Of a stretch of DNA of 64,000 nucleotides, positions 30,966 to 41,595 are shown one piece after another. The position numbers and the translations under genes were made by a program. The notes beneath the pieces were generated by a model. That model ran no database searches. It was not told where the DNA came from and worked only from the letters and a program-made list of their open reading frames with translations. Source of the DNA: an uncultured Acidobacteriota bacterium (GTDB taxonomy: Bacteria; Acidobacteriota; Polarisedimenticolia; J045); contig CAVPCQ010000006.1 in assembly GCA_963702425.1 (NCBI GenBank), positions 352,001-416,000 of the forward strand. The letters are read 5' to 3'. Numbering within the stretch: position 1 is the first letter of the stretch; every line of letters begins with the position of its first letter.

Positions 30966-33223
30966 ATCACCCTCCCGTCGAGCTCGGCGTCGGGCTTGAG
31001 GTCGAGCGTGCCGAGAATCGACGGTGCGACGTCGATGATCCGGGGGTCGTTGACCTTGAGCTTGCGGTTCACGATCAGGATCCCGGGCACGAAGCTGGGC
31101 TCGAGCGAGCAGTGGTCGCCGGACCAGACGCGGTCGTTGTTCTCGAACACATCGGTCGCCAACCCTCCCAGCGTATCCTGCCACGAGACGCGGTAGTTGA
31201 GCCGGTTGGAGGGCCTGAGGTCGGGGATCTTGTTCGGGTCGTAGCCCTTGTAGAGCTCGTCGCGCCGGTAGACCCTGTAGACTGGCTTCTCGCCGGTCAC
31301 CGGGTCGATCTCGTTCTGCAGCCCTTCCTGCAGCGCCTTGACGACCTCCTCGTACTCCTGGCCGGGCATCACGATCCCCTGCGGCTCGCGGCCGACGAGG
31401 TTGATGTAGAGCGAGCCGAGGCCCATCGCCCAGGCCTTGGTGCGGCTCCAGTCGATGCCCGAGAAGACGTCGACGCCGGAGACGTCCTTGTCGAAGAGCT
31501 GTTCGAGGCTGCGGCTGCGAGGCTGCCCCTTCAGCGCCAGGTAGCCGTTCTTGTAGAGCCAGGTGTTGTAGTTGATCTGGCGCCGGAAGGACGAGAAGCC
31601 GTGGTCGGACAGGACGATGAACAGTGCGTCCTCGCCGGCCAGCTCGTGCGCGCGGCCGATCAGCTCGTCCATCCGCCGGTAGGTGGCCTCCATCGCCGCG
31701 CGGTACTTGGCGGCCAGCTCCGGCTTGTACATCGGGTGCCCCTCGTCCAGCTCGTGCCACAGCATGTGCCCGGCGCGGTCGGGGAAGTCGAAGATCTGGA
31801 CCAGGACGTCGGCGTCCTGCTGCGCGAACGAGGCCTCGAGGATCTTCGTCGAAGCGTCGACGGTGAACCACATGTCCTCGAGGAACAGGTCGATCCCGCC
31901 AACTCCCGAGGGATAAGACCAGGTGTCGATCGTCCAGCCGATCGTCTTGAACAGGCCGATGTCGCCGGACAGCTTCTTCGCCCAGTCCGGCGGCCAGGAA
32001 TAGGCCACCGGGTGACACGAGGGGTGGAAGTTGACCGGCGAGAGGTAGAGCTCGATCTCCGGCTCCAGCTTGATCAGCTTGAAGCGCCCCATCCCGCGCA
32101 GCGGCTGCAGCCAGTCGACGAGCCAGTTCAGCGGGAAGTCGAAGACCACCCAGTCCGACCACTCCCCCGGCTCGAGCGTTCCCTTCTGGCCGCTGACCTC
32201 CCAGGCCAGCGCGCTGTCGGTCACGTCGAGCTTCATCGGCAGGTCGATTCGCTTGAGCGTTCCCTTCGCCTCGAGCGCGGTCGTCAGCTCCTTCTCCTTC
32301 GCCTTGCGGTCGGCGGTGGAGAGGCCCTCCTTCGCCCAGCCCTCGCGCGCGCGGTCGAGCACGTACTGGTAGAAGGGATAGTTGAACGGCCCGACGACCG
32401 TGGTCTCGATCGCCCCGCGCTTGGCCGGGAGCCGGATCGGCTCGAGGCTGAACTGGTTGTCGCCGAGCTGAAACTGCGGATCGGAGGTGTAGTACGACGG
32501 CGTCCCGACGCGGCCGCGCATGTCGGGCACGCCGAGGCCCGAGATCATCGTCGAGCCGGAGGGAAGCGGCTCGGCCGGGAAGGTGACCGGCACGTGGGTG
32601 ACCTTCACCTTCATGCCCGCCTGCGCGGCAAGCGTCCAGAACGGCGTCCCCTGGCGGTTGTTCGTCGCCGACGGGACGTCCGCGGGCAACAGGTTCCCGA
32701 GCGGCCGGGCCAGCCCGCCCGCGATCCCGACCGTCGCGATCAGCGCGCCGGCCAGCGCGGCCAGCCAGCGGACGCGGAGCAGCCGGAGCACGAGCAGCAG
32801 CACCAGGCCGACGAGCAGGCCGGCCATCCCCGCCAGGAACAACCCGTTCTTCTCGCGGAACAGCAGCGGCGTCTTGCCCGGCGTCGCCAGCGCGAGGTCG
32901 GGCACGTACTGCCCCTCGCGGCGCTGCAGGAAGTCGAAGATCTCGGTCCGCCCGGGGTTCAGCCCGGTGGCGAAGGTCGACCAGGAGACCGGGGTCTGCG
33001 GCGGATTCGTCGGCATCAGCGAGGAGTAGGTCCCCTCCCGGGCGATCGCCGCGACGTGAGGGAGCTTCCCCTGCTGGAGGTAGTAGTTGACCAGGTTGGG
33101 ATCGGCGCCGTCGAAGCCGATCACGACGACCTTGGGCTTGCCGGCCGCCGCCCCGACGGAACCGGCCGCGAGCGCGAGCGCACCCCCCAGGACGAGACAC
33201 CACCCCCACGCCGAACGCCGCAT
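30959..33223 (-). CDS. Alkaline phosphatase superfamily (nucleotide pyrophosphatase/phosphodiesterase-like) protein
   Basis: VVVIGFDGAD, PPQTPVSWSTFATG, DRAGH, LSDHGF, WSGDH, DVAPSIL. Confidence 0.9.
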   Translation of the reverse strand: MRRSAWGWCLVLGGALALAAGSVGAAAGKPKVVVIGFDGADPNLVNYYLQQGKLPHVAAIAREGTYSSLMPTNPPQTPVSWSTFATGLNPGRTEIFDFLQRREGQYVPDLALATPGKTPLLFREKNGLFLAGMAGLLVGLVLLLVLRLLRVRWLAALAGALIATVGIAGGLARPLGNLLPADVPSATNNRQGTPFWTLAAQAGMKVKVTHVPVTFPAEPLPSGSTMISGLGVPDMRGRVGTPSYYTSDPQFQLGDNQFSLEPIRLPAKRGAIETTVVGPFNYPFYQYVLDRAREGWAKEGLSTADRKAKEKELTTALEAKGTLKRIDLPMKLDVTDSALAWEVSGQKGTLEPGEWSDWVVFDFPLNWLVDWLQPLRGMGRFKLIKLEPEIELYLSPVNFHPSCHPVAYSWPPDWAKKLSGDIGLFKTIGWTIDTWSYPSGVGGIDLFLEDMWFTVDASTKILEASFAQQDADVLVQIFDFPDRAGHMLWHELDEGHPMYKPELAAKYRAAMEATYRRMDELIGRAHELAGEDALFIVLSDHGFSSFRRQINYNTWLYKNGYLALKGQPRSRSLEQLFDKDVSGVDVFSGIDWSRTKAWAMGLGSLYINLVGREPQGIVMPGQEYEEVVKALQEGLQNEIDPVTGEKPVYRVYRRDELYKGYDPNKIPDLRPSNRLNYRVSWQDTLGGLATDVFENNDRVWSGDHCSLEPSFVPGILIVNRKLKVNDPRIIDVAPSILGTLDLKPDAELDGRVIW

Positions 33224-33283
33224 GCCACCCTCTCCTACCCCGAGACGAACGCGGAAATGTACCATCGGGCGCGGAGACCGCCC

Positions 33284-34111
33284 ATGGAGAGGCCCTTACC
33301 GATCGTGAAGGCGATGTCCCATCCGCGGGCGGCGCTGGCTCGCGAGCTCGCGCGCGGCGTTCGGGAGCGACGGGCGGCGGGGATGTTCCTGGTCGAGGGG
33401 CCGCGGGGGCTGTCGGAAGCGCTCGACGTCGGCGCCGCGCTGGCGTTCGTGCTGGTCGCCGCCGGCCGGGCGGAGCGCTCTCCGACGCGCGAGGTCGTCG
33501 TGCGCTGCCGGCAGGCCGATGTCCCGGTCGAACTGGTCCAGGACGCCTTGCTCGAGCGGTTGGCGCCGTCCGAGACGCCGAGCGGCCTCTTGGCGGCCTG
33601 CGCCTTGCCTGCGGCCTGCGACCGCCCGGAAGCGGTCCTCGCCGGTGCGAGCGGGATCGTGGTGCTGGCGGTGCGGGTCCAGAACCCTGGAAGCGTCGGG
33701 ACCCTGGTCCGCAGCGCGGCCGCATTCGGGGCCGACGGGCTCGTCGCCGCGGGGGGAGCCGACCCGTGGGGACCCAAGGCGGTCCGCGCCAGCGCCGGCG
33801 CGATCCACCGCCTGCCGGTCGCGCGCGCGGAGGGGGGCGAAAGAGACCCCGCGCTGGCCGCGGGACTGCGCGACGGCGCCTTCCGGCTGGTCGCCGCGGT
33901 CCCGCGCGGCGGGACCGACCCGGCCGCGGTCGACTGGTCCGGGCCGGTCGCGCTCCTGCTCGGGGCCGAGGTGGCGGGCCTGCCGCGGGAGCTCGTCGAG
34001 CGGGCCGAGACGGTCACGATCCCGATGGCGGCCGGAGTCGAGTCGCTCTCGGTGCCGATCGCCGGATCGATCCTGCTCGCGCTCGCCGCCTCGTCCGGCC
34101 GCGCGCGCTAG
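33284..34111 (+). CDS. TrmH family RNA methyltransferase
   Basis: FLVEG, VQNPGSVGTLVRSAAAFG, LGAEVAGL, IPM...ESLSV. Confidence 0.92.
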   Translation: MERPLPIVKAMSHPRAALARELARGVRERRAAGMFLVEGPRGLSEALDVGAALAFVLVAAGRAERSPTREVVVRCRQADVPVELVQDALLERLAPSETPSGLLAACALPAACDRPEAVLAGASGIVVLAVRVQNPGSVGTLVRSAAAFGADGLVAAGGADPWGPKAVRASAGAIHRLPVARAEGGERDPALAAGLRDGAFRLVAAVPRGGTDPAAVDWSGPVALLLGAEVAGLPRELVERAETVTIPMAAGVESLSVPIAGSILLALAASSGRAR

Positions 34112-36345
34112 GCCGAGGCCGCCGCGGAGATCGCGCGCGGCCAGGTGACCCGGAAGGTCGAGCCGTGACCGACGGAGCTCTCGACCTCCACCCGGCCGCC
34201 GTGGCGCAGCACGACGCTGCGCACGAGCGCGAGCCCGATCCCGGTGCCCGGCATCGCCGCAGCCCCGCGGCCGCGGTAGAAGCGGTCGAAGATCCGATTC
34301 TGCTCGTCCGGCGCGATCCCGATCCCCGTGTCCGTGAACTCGAGCGTCACGGCGTCGCCCGGACCGGGGCGAACGGCAACGAGCACGCTGCCGCCAGAGC
34401 GGTTGAACTTCACCGCGTTCCCCAGCAGGTTGTCGAGCACGCGGGCCAACCCCTCGCGCTCGGCGACGACTGCCAGGCCGGACGGAACCGGCCGGGCCTC
34501 GAGCCGGACGCCGCGCCGCACCGCCGCGGGGTGGACGCGGTCGAGCGCCTCCTGCAGCGCGCCCGCGAGATCGACCGGCTCGGCCTCGAGCGGGCTCGAG
34601 CGGTCGGTGCGGGCCAGCGCGAGCAGGTTGCCGATCATCTCCACCATCCGGTCGACGTTCCGCAGCGCCACCTCCAGCCCGCGGCGCTGCTCGTCGTTGA
34701 CTCGCCCGAGACGGCCCTCGAGGACCATCTGCGTGTAACCGCGGATCGAGACCAGCGGGGTCTGCAGCTCGTGCGACACGTCGGTCAACAGTTGGGCGCG
34801 GGCGCGGTCCAGCTCCAGCAGCTCGTGATTCACGCGGTCCAGCTCGGCCGTCTTCTTCTCGAGATCGCGGTGAACGGATGAGATCTCCTCGTAGGCCCGC
34901 TGCAGCGCCTCGCGCGAGCGGGTCATCGCCGCGGCGTCGGCCTCCAGCCGGCGCTCCGTCGCGCGGTGGTGCGTCACGTCGCGGACGACGACCAGGCGCC
35001 CCAGCAGCTCGCCCTCCTCGCCCGCGACCGGGCGGGCGACGATCTCGACGCTCTGCGGCTCGGGCCCGCGGGTGTCGAACGTCGCGAGGTGGTCGCCGCC
35101 GGGTGCCGCGGCGGCCCGCTCGAGGAATCCCACGCATCCGGCGGCGTCGCGGAATCGTTGCGCGAGCAGGGCGACGAACTCGGCCTCGCTCGCCGCGAGG
35201 AGACCCACCGCGTCCATCCCGACCAGACTCGCCATCCGCCGGTTGACGAGCCCGACCCGCCACTCCGCGGCCTCCGTCCCGGAGGGGGCGAGCAGGGCGA
35301 CTCCTTCCGCGACGGCGTCGAGCACCGAGCGCAGGCGGGCCTCGTGGGTGCGCGCACGGCGGCGGGCCACCTGCCCGGCGGCGGCGTCGCGCAGCGTGAC
35401 GACCGCCTCGCCGGGAAACTCGGGCCCCGCGGAGACGGCCTCGAGCTCCACTTCCCTCGCCCGCACCCGGCCGCCCAGCGGCTGCAGCCGCGCCCGGACT
35501 GTCCCGCCCGTGTCCCCGCTTCCGGCGCGGGCCACGCGATCGAGCGCGACCAGCAGCGATTCGGCGCCAAAGAGGTCGCGCAGCAGGTGACCGGCCGGAT
35601 CGCCGCCGTACCAGGCGCGCGCCGCGGGGTTCGACTCGCGGACCGTGCCGCCGGCGACGACCAGGACCCCGTCCGCGACGCCGGCGAGGATGGCACGGGT
35701 CCGCGCGAGGGCCTTCGCCGGGGACTCGCCCTCCGGCTGCGCCTCGGCCTGCGGATCGATCCAGAGCGCGATCCCGTCGATCGGGTCGTCGACGAAACCG
35801 ACGTGGACCTGGGCCGTGATCGGAGCGCCGCCCAGGCGGCGCATCTCGCCTCGGATCGCCAGCGGCTCGCGCCGCCGGCGCGCGTCGAGCAGCGCCACGG
35901 CGACCTCGCGCCACGATTCCGGGGTGAAGAGCAGCTCCGCCTTGCGCCCTTCGAGGTCTGCCACCCGCTCCCCGGCCGCCCGTGCGTAAGACTCGCCGAC
36001 CGCCGCCACCAGCAGATCGCGATCGAGCAGCACCAGCCCGGGTCCGCTCATCGCTTCCGTCGCCGCGCCGAAGCGCGCCAGCCGGCGCTCGCGCGGGCCC
36101 CGCCGGTCGGCCAGCTCGTGGGCGAGCGCCGCGACCTGGTGCAGGGCGCGCTCGGCCGGATCGCCCGGCGTGATCTCCGACTCCTGCGCGCGTCCTTCGA
36201 CGACCTCGGCCAGGGCCTGCTCGACGCGCCGCAGTCCACGCGGCCGCGAGCGGCGACCGAGGTACCAGCCCAGCGCCAGCAGCAGCGCCGCCGCGAGCGC
36301 CCCGACGAGCGCCGGCCACCAGGCCGCGAGTGCGCCCGCCGTCAC
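34108..36345 (-). CDS. Multi-PAS sensor histidine kinase
   Basis: N-terminal TM; VSHELQTPL H-box, NLLGNAVKF, DTGIGI, GTGIGL. Confidence 0.92.
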   Translation of the reverse strand: MTAGALAAWWPALVGALAAALLLALGWYLGRRSRPRGLRRVEQALAEVVEGRAQESEITPGDPAERALHQVAALAHELADRRGPRERRLARFGAATEAMSGPGLVLLDRDLLVAAVGESYARAAGERVADLEGRKAELLFTPESWREVAVALLDARRRREPLAIRGEMRRLGGAPITAQVHVGFVDDPIDGIALWIDPQAEAQPEGESPAKALARTRAILAGVADGVLVVAGGTVRESNPAARAWYGGDPAGHLLRDLFGAESLLVALDRVARAGSGDTGGTVRARLQPLGGRVRAREVELEAVSAGPEFPGEAVVTLRDAAAGQVARRRARTHEARLRSVLDAVAEGVALLAPSGTEAAEWRVGLVNRRMASLVGMDAVGLLAASEAEFVALLAQRFRDAAGCVGFLERAAAAPGGDHLATFDTRGPEPQSVEIVARPVAGEEGELLGRLVVVRDVTHHRATERRLEADAAAMTRSREALQRAYEEISSVHRDLEKKTAELDRVNHELLELDRARAQLLTDVSHELQTPLVSIRGYTQMVLEGRLGRVNDEQRRGLEVALRNVDRMVEMIGNLLALARTDRSSPLEAEPVDLAGALQEALDRVHPAAVRRGVRLEARPVPSGLAVVAEREGLARVLDNLLGNAVKFNRSGGSVLVAVRPGPGDAVTLEFTDTGIGIAPDEQNRIFDRFYRGRGAAAMPGTGIGLALVRSVVLRHGGRVEVESSVGHGSTFRVTWPRAISAAASA

Positions 36346-36394
36346 CGCGTCACCTCGCCCGCTCCCGCCCCGCACCGTGCGCGGTCGGTCGCGC

Positions 36395-37099
36395 TCATGT
36401 CGCGTCCGGGGCGGAGGTTTCGACGGCGTGCCCGCGCCGCTCGGCCGCGGCCCGCACGAAGCGCGCCAGCTGGGCGCTCGCCTCGACCCCGAGCGGGAGG
36501 AACTGCAATCCCCAACCGCGCTCGCCGCCGCGCCCGTCGCCTTCGCGAACGATCTCGATCGCGACCTCGATCGGGCGTGCACCGTTCTGGAAGTGCAGCA
36601 CGCCCGGCTGTTCGCGCGGCGGATCGTCGAAGCGCACGAACGCGCCGTCGAGCGACAGCTCGACGCAGCGCCCGGCGAAGCCCTTGCCTTCCTGCTGCAG
36701 CTCGCAGGGCACGTCCACCACTCGGCGCGCGCCGCGGCGGGCGTTCCCGCTCAGCAGCCGACGGACCGCCTGGTCCAGTTCGTGGCGCGTGACCGGCTTG
36801 GAGAGGAACTCCGCCACGCCGCACTCGGTGCAGCGCTCGCGGTGGAGCGAGAGCCCGATGTAGAGGACGGGGATGCCGGCGGTGTCCGGGGCGTCGCCGA
36901 GGCTGCGGCAGGCCTCGAAGGCCTCGGGAAAGAACTCGCCTTCCTCGATCACCACGAGGTCGGGGCGCGAGGACCGCGCCCGCTCGACGACGTCGTCGCC
37001 CGGCCGCAGCAGCGCGACCTCGACCGCCGCCCGGCCGAGCGGCGTGGACCCGATCTCCGCCAGGAGCCGCACGTCGTCGACGATCAGGACGCGTGTCAT
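36395..37099 (-). CDS. Atypical receiver domain plus PilZ domain protein
   Basis: MTRVLIVDD, FLSKPV; RRGARR and ELSLDG PilZ-like motifs; GGAGG RBS. Confidence 0.75.
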   Translation of the reverse strand: MTRVLIVDDVRLLAEIGSTPLGRAAVEVALLRPGDDVVERARSSRPDLVVIEEGEFFPEAFEACRSLGDAPDTAGIPVLYIGLSLHRERCTECGVAEFLSKPVTRHELDQAVRRLLSGNARRGARRVVDVPCELQQEGKGFAGRCVELSLDGAFVRFDDPPREQPGVLHFQNGARPIEVAIEIVREGDGRGGERGWGLQFLPLGVEASAQLARFVRAAAERRGHAVETSAPDAT

Positions 37100-37318
37100 C
37101 GATCCCTCGACGCCCTCCCGGCGTTCCCGGCGCCCCGCAGGCGCCGCCTCGTCCGAACCGGGCGAACGGGATAGAAAGCGCTTGAAAAGCCTTGCGCGGC
37201 AAGCGTTCTCGCCGATCGACCCCGCTGCCGGACCGGAATGTACCACCCTCGGGGGGGGCGAACAATCCGGTTTCGGGCGCGCCGCACGGACGTTCGCGAG
37301 ACGGGCTGAGAGGAAGGG

Positions 37319-37363
37319 TTGGAGCGGGCGACGAGGCTTGAACTCGCGACCCTCAGCTTGGGA
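37319..37363 (-). repeat. att-site copy: 45-bp duplicate of the tRNA-Gly 3' half
   Basis: Exact match to 38467-38511. Confidence 0.95.
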
Positions 37364-38466
37364 GGGTGGACCGACGATGCAAGCTGTTGACGCTGCGTGA
37401 TGCTTGACGCGCCTGGCGTCTCCTGACAACGCCTGGCTGCAGGTACCCATGCAAACGCGGCGAAGACGTGCCGACCGCATGTGGTCGCACTCGGAAAGTG
37501 CACGACCAACCCTCGGGGCCAGGGACTGAACGAATAGGGTGTCCCATTGTCCGGTTAGCCGTCTGCGCGCGTTATCGAAGGCAGGCGATCTACTCGCCGG
37601 ACGCCTCCGTGGCAGACCGGCCCTGTCCGAGCCTGTCGGAGACTCGACGAGGACGCCAAAGGAGGTAGTCATGCGACATCGCAATGCACTGATGGTAGCC
37701 GCCGTGACGTGCGCTCTCGCGCTCTTGACCCCCCTCCCGGCGGTCGCGGCTGACCCGGATCGGGTCTCATCGCGGGGACGCCACGAGCTGGCGGGGGTCT
37801 GGTACCGCGAGGTCGCGTATGGAACGAGCAGCGAGGGCGGCGTGATCATGGTTGTGACCGAGGTCGATCCGAGAACTTTCATCGTCGCTCCCGCCACATT
37901 CAGCATCCCGCTCGGCCCACCGCCGCAGACCCCACCCGTCCCCCCCACGGATACCCAGTCCCCCTGGGTCGTCCGCTTCGAAAGGACGGGCCTCAATACC
38001 TATGACGTCACGTCCCTCTCGCATCTGGCGAACACGCAGGCTCCTCCGGGCCAGCCCAAGACGGCTTGGGCCCTCCCCTGCAATGGAACCGCCGTCCAGA
38101 CGGACGAAGACGTCCTGATCATCGACTGGTCCTGCTTCGCCTCGTGCAACCCCTGCTACCCGGGGTGCTGGAACTACGGCAGCTCTTTCATCGCCTGCGA
38201 CCCGAACCGACTCTGGAACCCGTTCGAGGATCCGACCTCGTTCTGCGTCGGCGGAACCCAGACCGAGTTCAGGAAGATGCCGATGAATGACGAGTGCGTC
38301 CCGGACTAGGGCGTGCTCGTTGGCGGGACGAGGGTGGATGGACCTTCGGGGGGCGCACCGCCGGTCGGCGGGGCGCTCCTGACGCCCGGCGCCTCCCCCG
38401 CCTGCGGCTAGGCAACCGGAGGCCCCGGCGACGGGCCTCGGCAACCTGCTCGTGGACTTGGGGTTA
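37364..38466. mobile_element. Integrase-less mini genomic islet at tRNA-Gly
   Basis: Bounded by 45-bp direct repeats ending in the anticodon loop; lower GC by eye. Confidence 0.8.
37671..38309 (+). CDS. Secreted Cys-rich hypothetical protein
   Basis: AAGGAGG RBS, signal peptide ending AVAA, eight Cys in the C-terminal third. Confidence 0.75.
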   Translation: MRHRNALMVAAVTCALALLTPLPAVAADPDRVSSRGRHELAGVWYREVAYGTSSEGGVIMVVTEVDPRTFIVAPATFSIPLGPPPQTPPVPPTDTQSPWVVRFERTGLNTYDVTSLSHLANTQAPPGQPKTAWALPCNGTAVQTDEDVLIIDWSCFASCNPCYPGCWNYGSSFIACDPNRLWNPFEDPTSFCVGGTQTEFRKMPMNDECVPD

Positions 38467-38467
38467 T

Positions 38468-38543
38468 TGGAGCGGGCGACGAGGCTTGAACTCGCGACCC
38501 TCAGCTTGGGAAGCTGATGCTCTACCAACTGAGCTACGCCCGC
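38468..38543 (-). tRNA. tRNA-Gly (CCC)
   Basis: GCGGGCGTAGCTCAGTTGGTAGAGCATCAGCTTCCCAAGCTGAGGGTCGCGAGTTCAAGCCTCGTCGCCCGCTCCA. Confidence 0.97.
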
Positions 38544-38557
38544 TCGGACGATGGCGG

Positions 38558-38586
38558 ACTGTAGCGCGGCCCCTGCCGGGTCGCAA
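38558..38586 (-). promoter_or_regulatory. Putative tRNA-Gly promoter (TTGCGA-17-TACAGT)
   Basis: Sigma70-like hexamers with 17-bp spacer just upstream of the tRNA. Confidence 0.6.
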
Positions 38587-38626
38587 CGGGGCACCGTCTC
38601 GCGGGCCGGCGGCGCCCGCGGTGCAG

Positions 38627-39991
<1,365 letters not shown>

Positions 39992-40093
39992 CCTTCCCCT
40001 CCGCCCGAAGGCGCTCCGGTCGTCCCCGCAGGGTTCCGACAGACCTATCGGTCGCGGGGGGCCGGGCTTGAGACGGGGGTGGATCGATCCTGG

Positions 40094-40462
40094 TCAGGGA
40101 GTGTTCGAAGGGCGAACGCCGACGTCGATCCGACCGTCGAGAAGCGCGGCACCGGCTGCATCGAATCGGCGCGCCGCGACCGTGCCGGTGAGCGCGCCGC
40201 CCGGGGCCACCGCGACCGGACCGTCGACCCGGAAGCGCCCGCGGGCCCGCCCCTCGACGCGCAGCGAGGCGCAGCGCGCGGCCTCCGCGACGAGTTGCCC
40301 GCCGGGCCCGACGATCACCTCCCCGCCCAGCGCCAGGTCGGCCGTCGCCTCGCCGAGGACGATCAGCATCCCCGATCCGGAGATCGTCCCCGTCCAGACG
40401 GCGCCACGGCCGACCTGGCTGTAGGCGGGGGCCTCCGGGCGGGAGAGGAACCAGAACTTCAT
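40094..40462 (-). CDS. Bactofilin (polymer-forming cytoskeletal protein)
   Basis: QVGRGAVWTGTI, LIVLG, LRVEGRARG, LLDGRI beta-helix pattern. Confidence 0.75.
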   Translation of the reverse strand: MKFWFLSRPEAPAYSQVGRGAVWTGTISGSGMLIVLGEATADLALGGEVIVGPGGQLVAEAARCASLRVEGRARGRFRVDGPVAVAPGGALTGTVAARRFDAAGAALLDGRIDVGVRPSNTP

Positions 40463-41595
40463 GCCGCCTCCCGGACCGCGTCGGCGAGGATCGCCGCAGC
40501 CCGCGAGAGGTCCTCGTCTCCGCTCCCGGGGCCGAGGCTCACGCGCACGAGCCCGCGCTGCCAAGCGGGCTCGAAGCCCAGCGCGCGCATCACGGCCGAC
40601 GGGCCCTCGCGCCCGGCGTGACAGGCCGAGCCGGCCGACACCGCCAGGCCCCGGGCATCGCAGGCGGCGGCCACGGCCCGCCCGTCGCGGCGCTCGAAGA
40701 CCAGCGCCGTCGTGTTGGGAAGCCGGGGCGCACCGGCCCCGGCGACGCGGGTGCCGGGAATGCGCCGCAGCAACTCGGCCTCGAACCGGTCGCGCCGGGC
40801 CGCCACGGCCGCCCCCGCCACGAGACGCTCCGGCACGCGTTCCGCCGCCGCGCCGAAGGCGACGACCAGCGGCAGGGCCTCGGTGCCGGGACGGCGGTCC
40901 CCTTCCTGCCCACCGCCCGCGCAGAACGGGAGCGGCTCCAGCCCTTCGCGGACGAGCAGTGCTCCGACCCCCGGAGGCCCGCCGAGCTTGTGCGAGGAGA
41001 GCGACACCAGGTCGGCGCCGAGCGCGTCGAAATCGAGCGCGATCTTTCCGAACGCCTGCACCGCGTCGACGTGGACCAGCGCCCCGGCCGCGTGGGCCCG
41101 CGCCGCGATCGCACCGACGTCGTTCACGGTCCCGATCTCGTTCTGCGCCAGCATCACGGAGACGAGCGCGCGGCGCGTCCCGGCGAGCGCCTCGGCGACC
41201 GCGTCGGGCTCGATCACCCCCAGCTTCGAAGCGCGCACCGTCACGAGCGGGAGGCGGTGGGTCGCCGCCAGCCGGGCCGCCGTCTCGCCGACTGCCGGGT
41301 GCTCCAGCTCGCCGATCACGAGCGCGTCGACCAGGCCGCGTTCGACCAGCCCGCGCAGGGCGAGCGCGTCGGACTCGCTGCCGCCGGAGCAGAACACGAC
41401 CGCCTCGCGTGCCGCGCCCGACGCCGCGGCGACCTGCCCGCGCGCCGCCTCGAGCAGCGCCCGGGCGCGGCGGCCCTCGGCGTGGGCCGACGACGGGTTG
41501 CCCCACCCCTCGGCCCAGAGCCGCCCGAGCAGCTCGGCGATCCCGGGCGCGGGGGGCGCGGTGGCGTTGTGGTCGAGGTAGATCCGACCGCTCAC
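40459..41595 (-). CDS. Cysteine desulfurase (IscS/NifS family)
   Basis: IYLDHNAT, GNPSSAH, HVDAVQ, SSHKLGGP, SAGSAC. Confidence 0.93.
   Translation of the reverse strand: MSGRIYLDHNATAPPAPGIAELLGRLWAEGWGNPSSAHAEGRRARALLEAARGQVAAASGAAREAVVFCSGGSESDALALRGLVERGLVDALVIGELEHPAVGETAARLAATHRLPLVTVRASKLGVIEPDAVAEALAGTRRALVSVMLAQNEIGTVNDVGAIAARAHAAGALVHVDAVQAFGKIALDFDALGADLVSLSSHKLGGPPGVGALLVREGLEPLPFCAGGGQEGDRRPGTEALPLVVAFGAAAERVPERLVAGAAVAARRDRFEAELLRRIPGTRVAGAGAPRLPNTTALVFERRDGRAVAAACDARGLAVSAGSACHAGREGPSAVMRALGFEPAWQRGLVRVSLGPGSGDEDLSRAAAILADAVREAA

Noticed and set aside
37319-37363. Second tRNA-Gly gene
   Set aside because: Only the 3' half is present; interpreted as an att repeat
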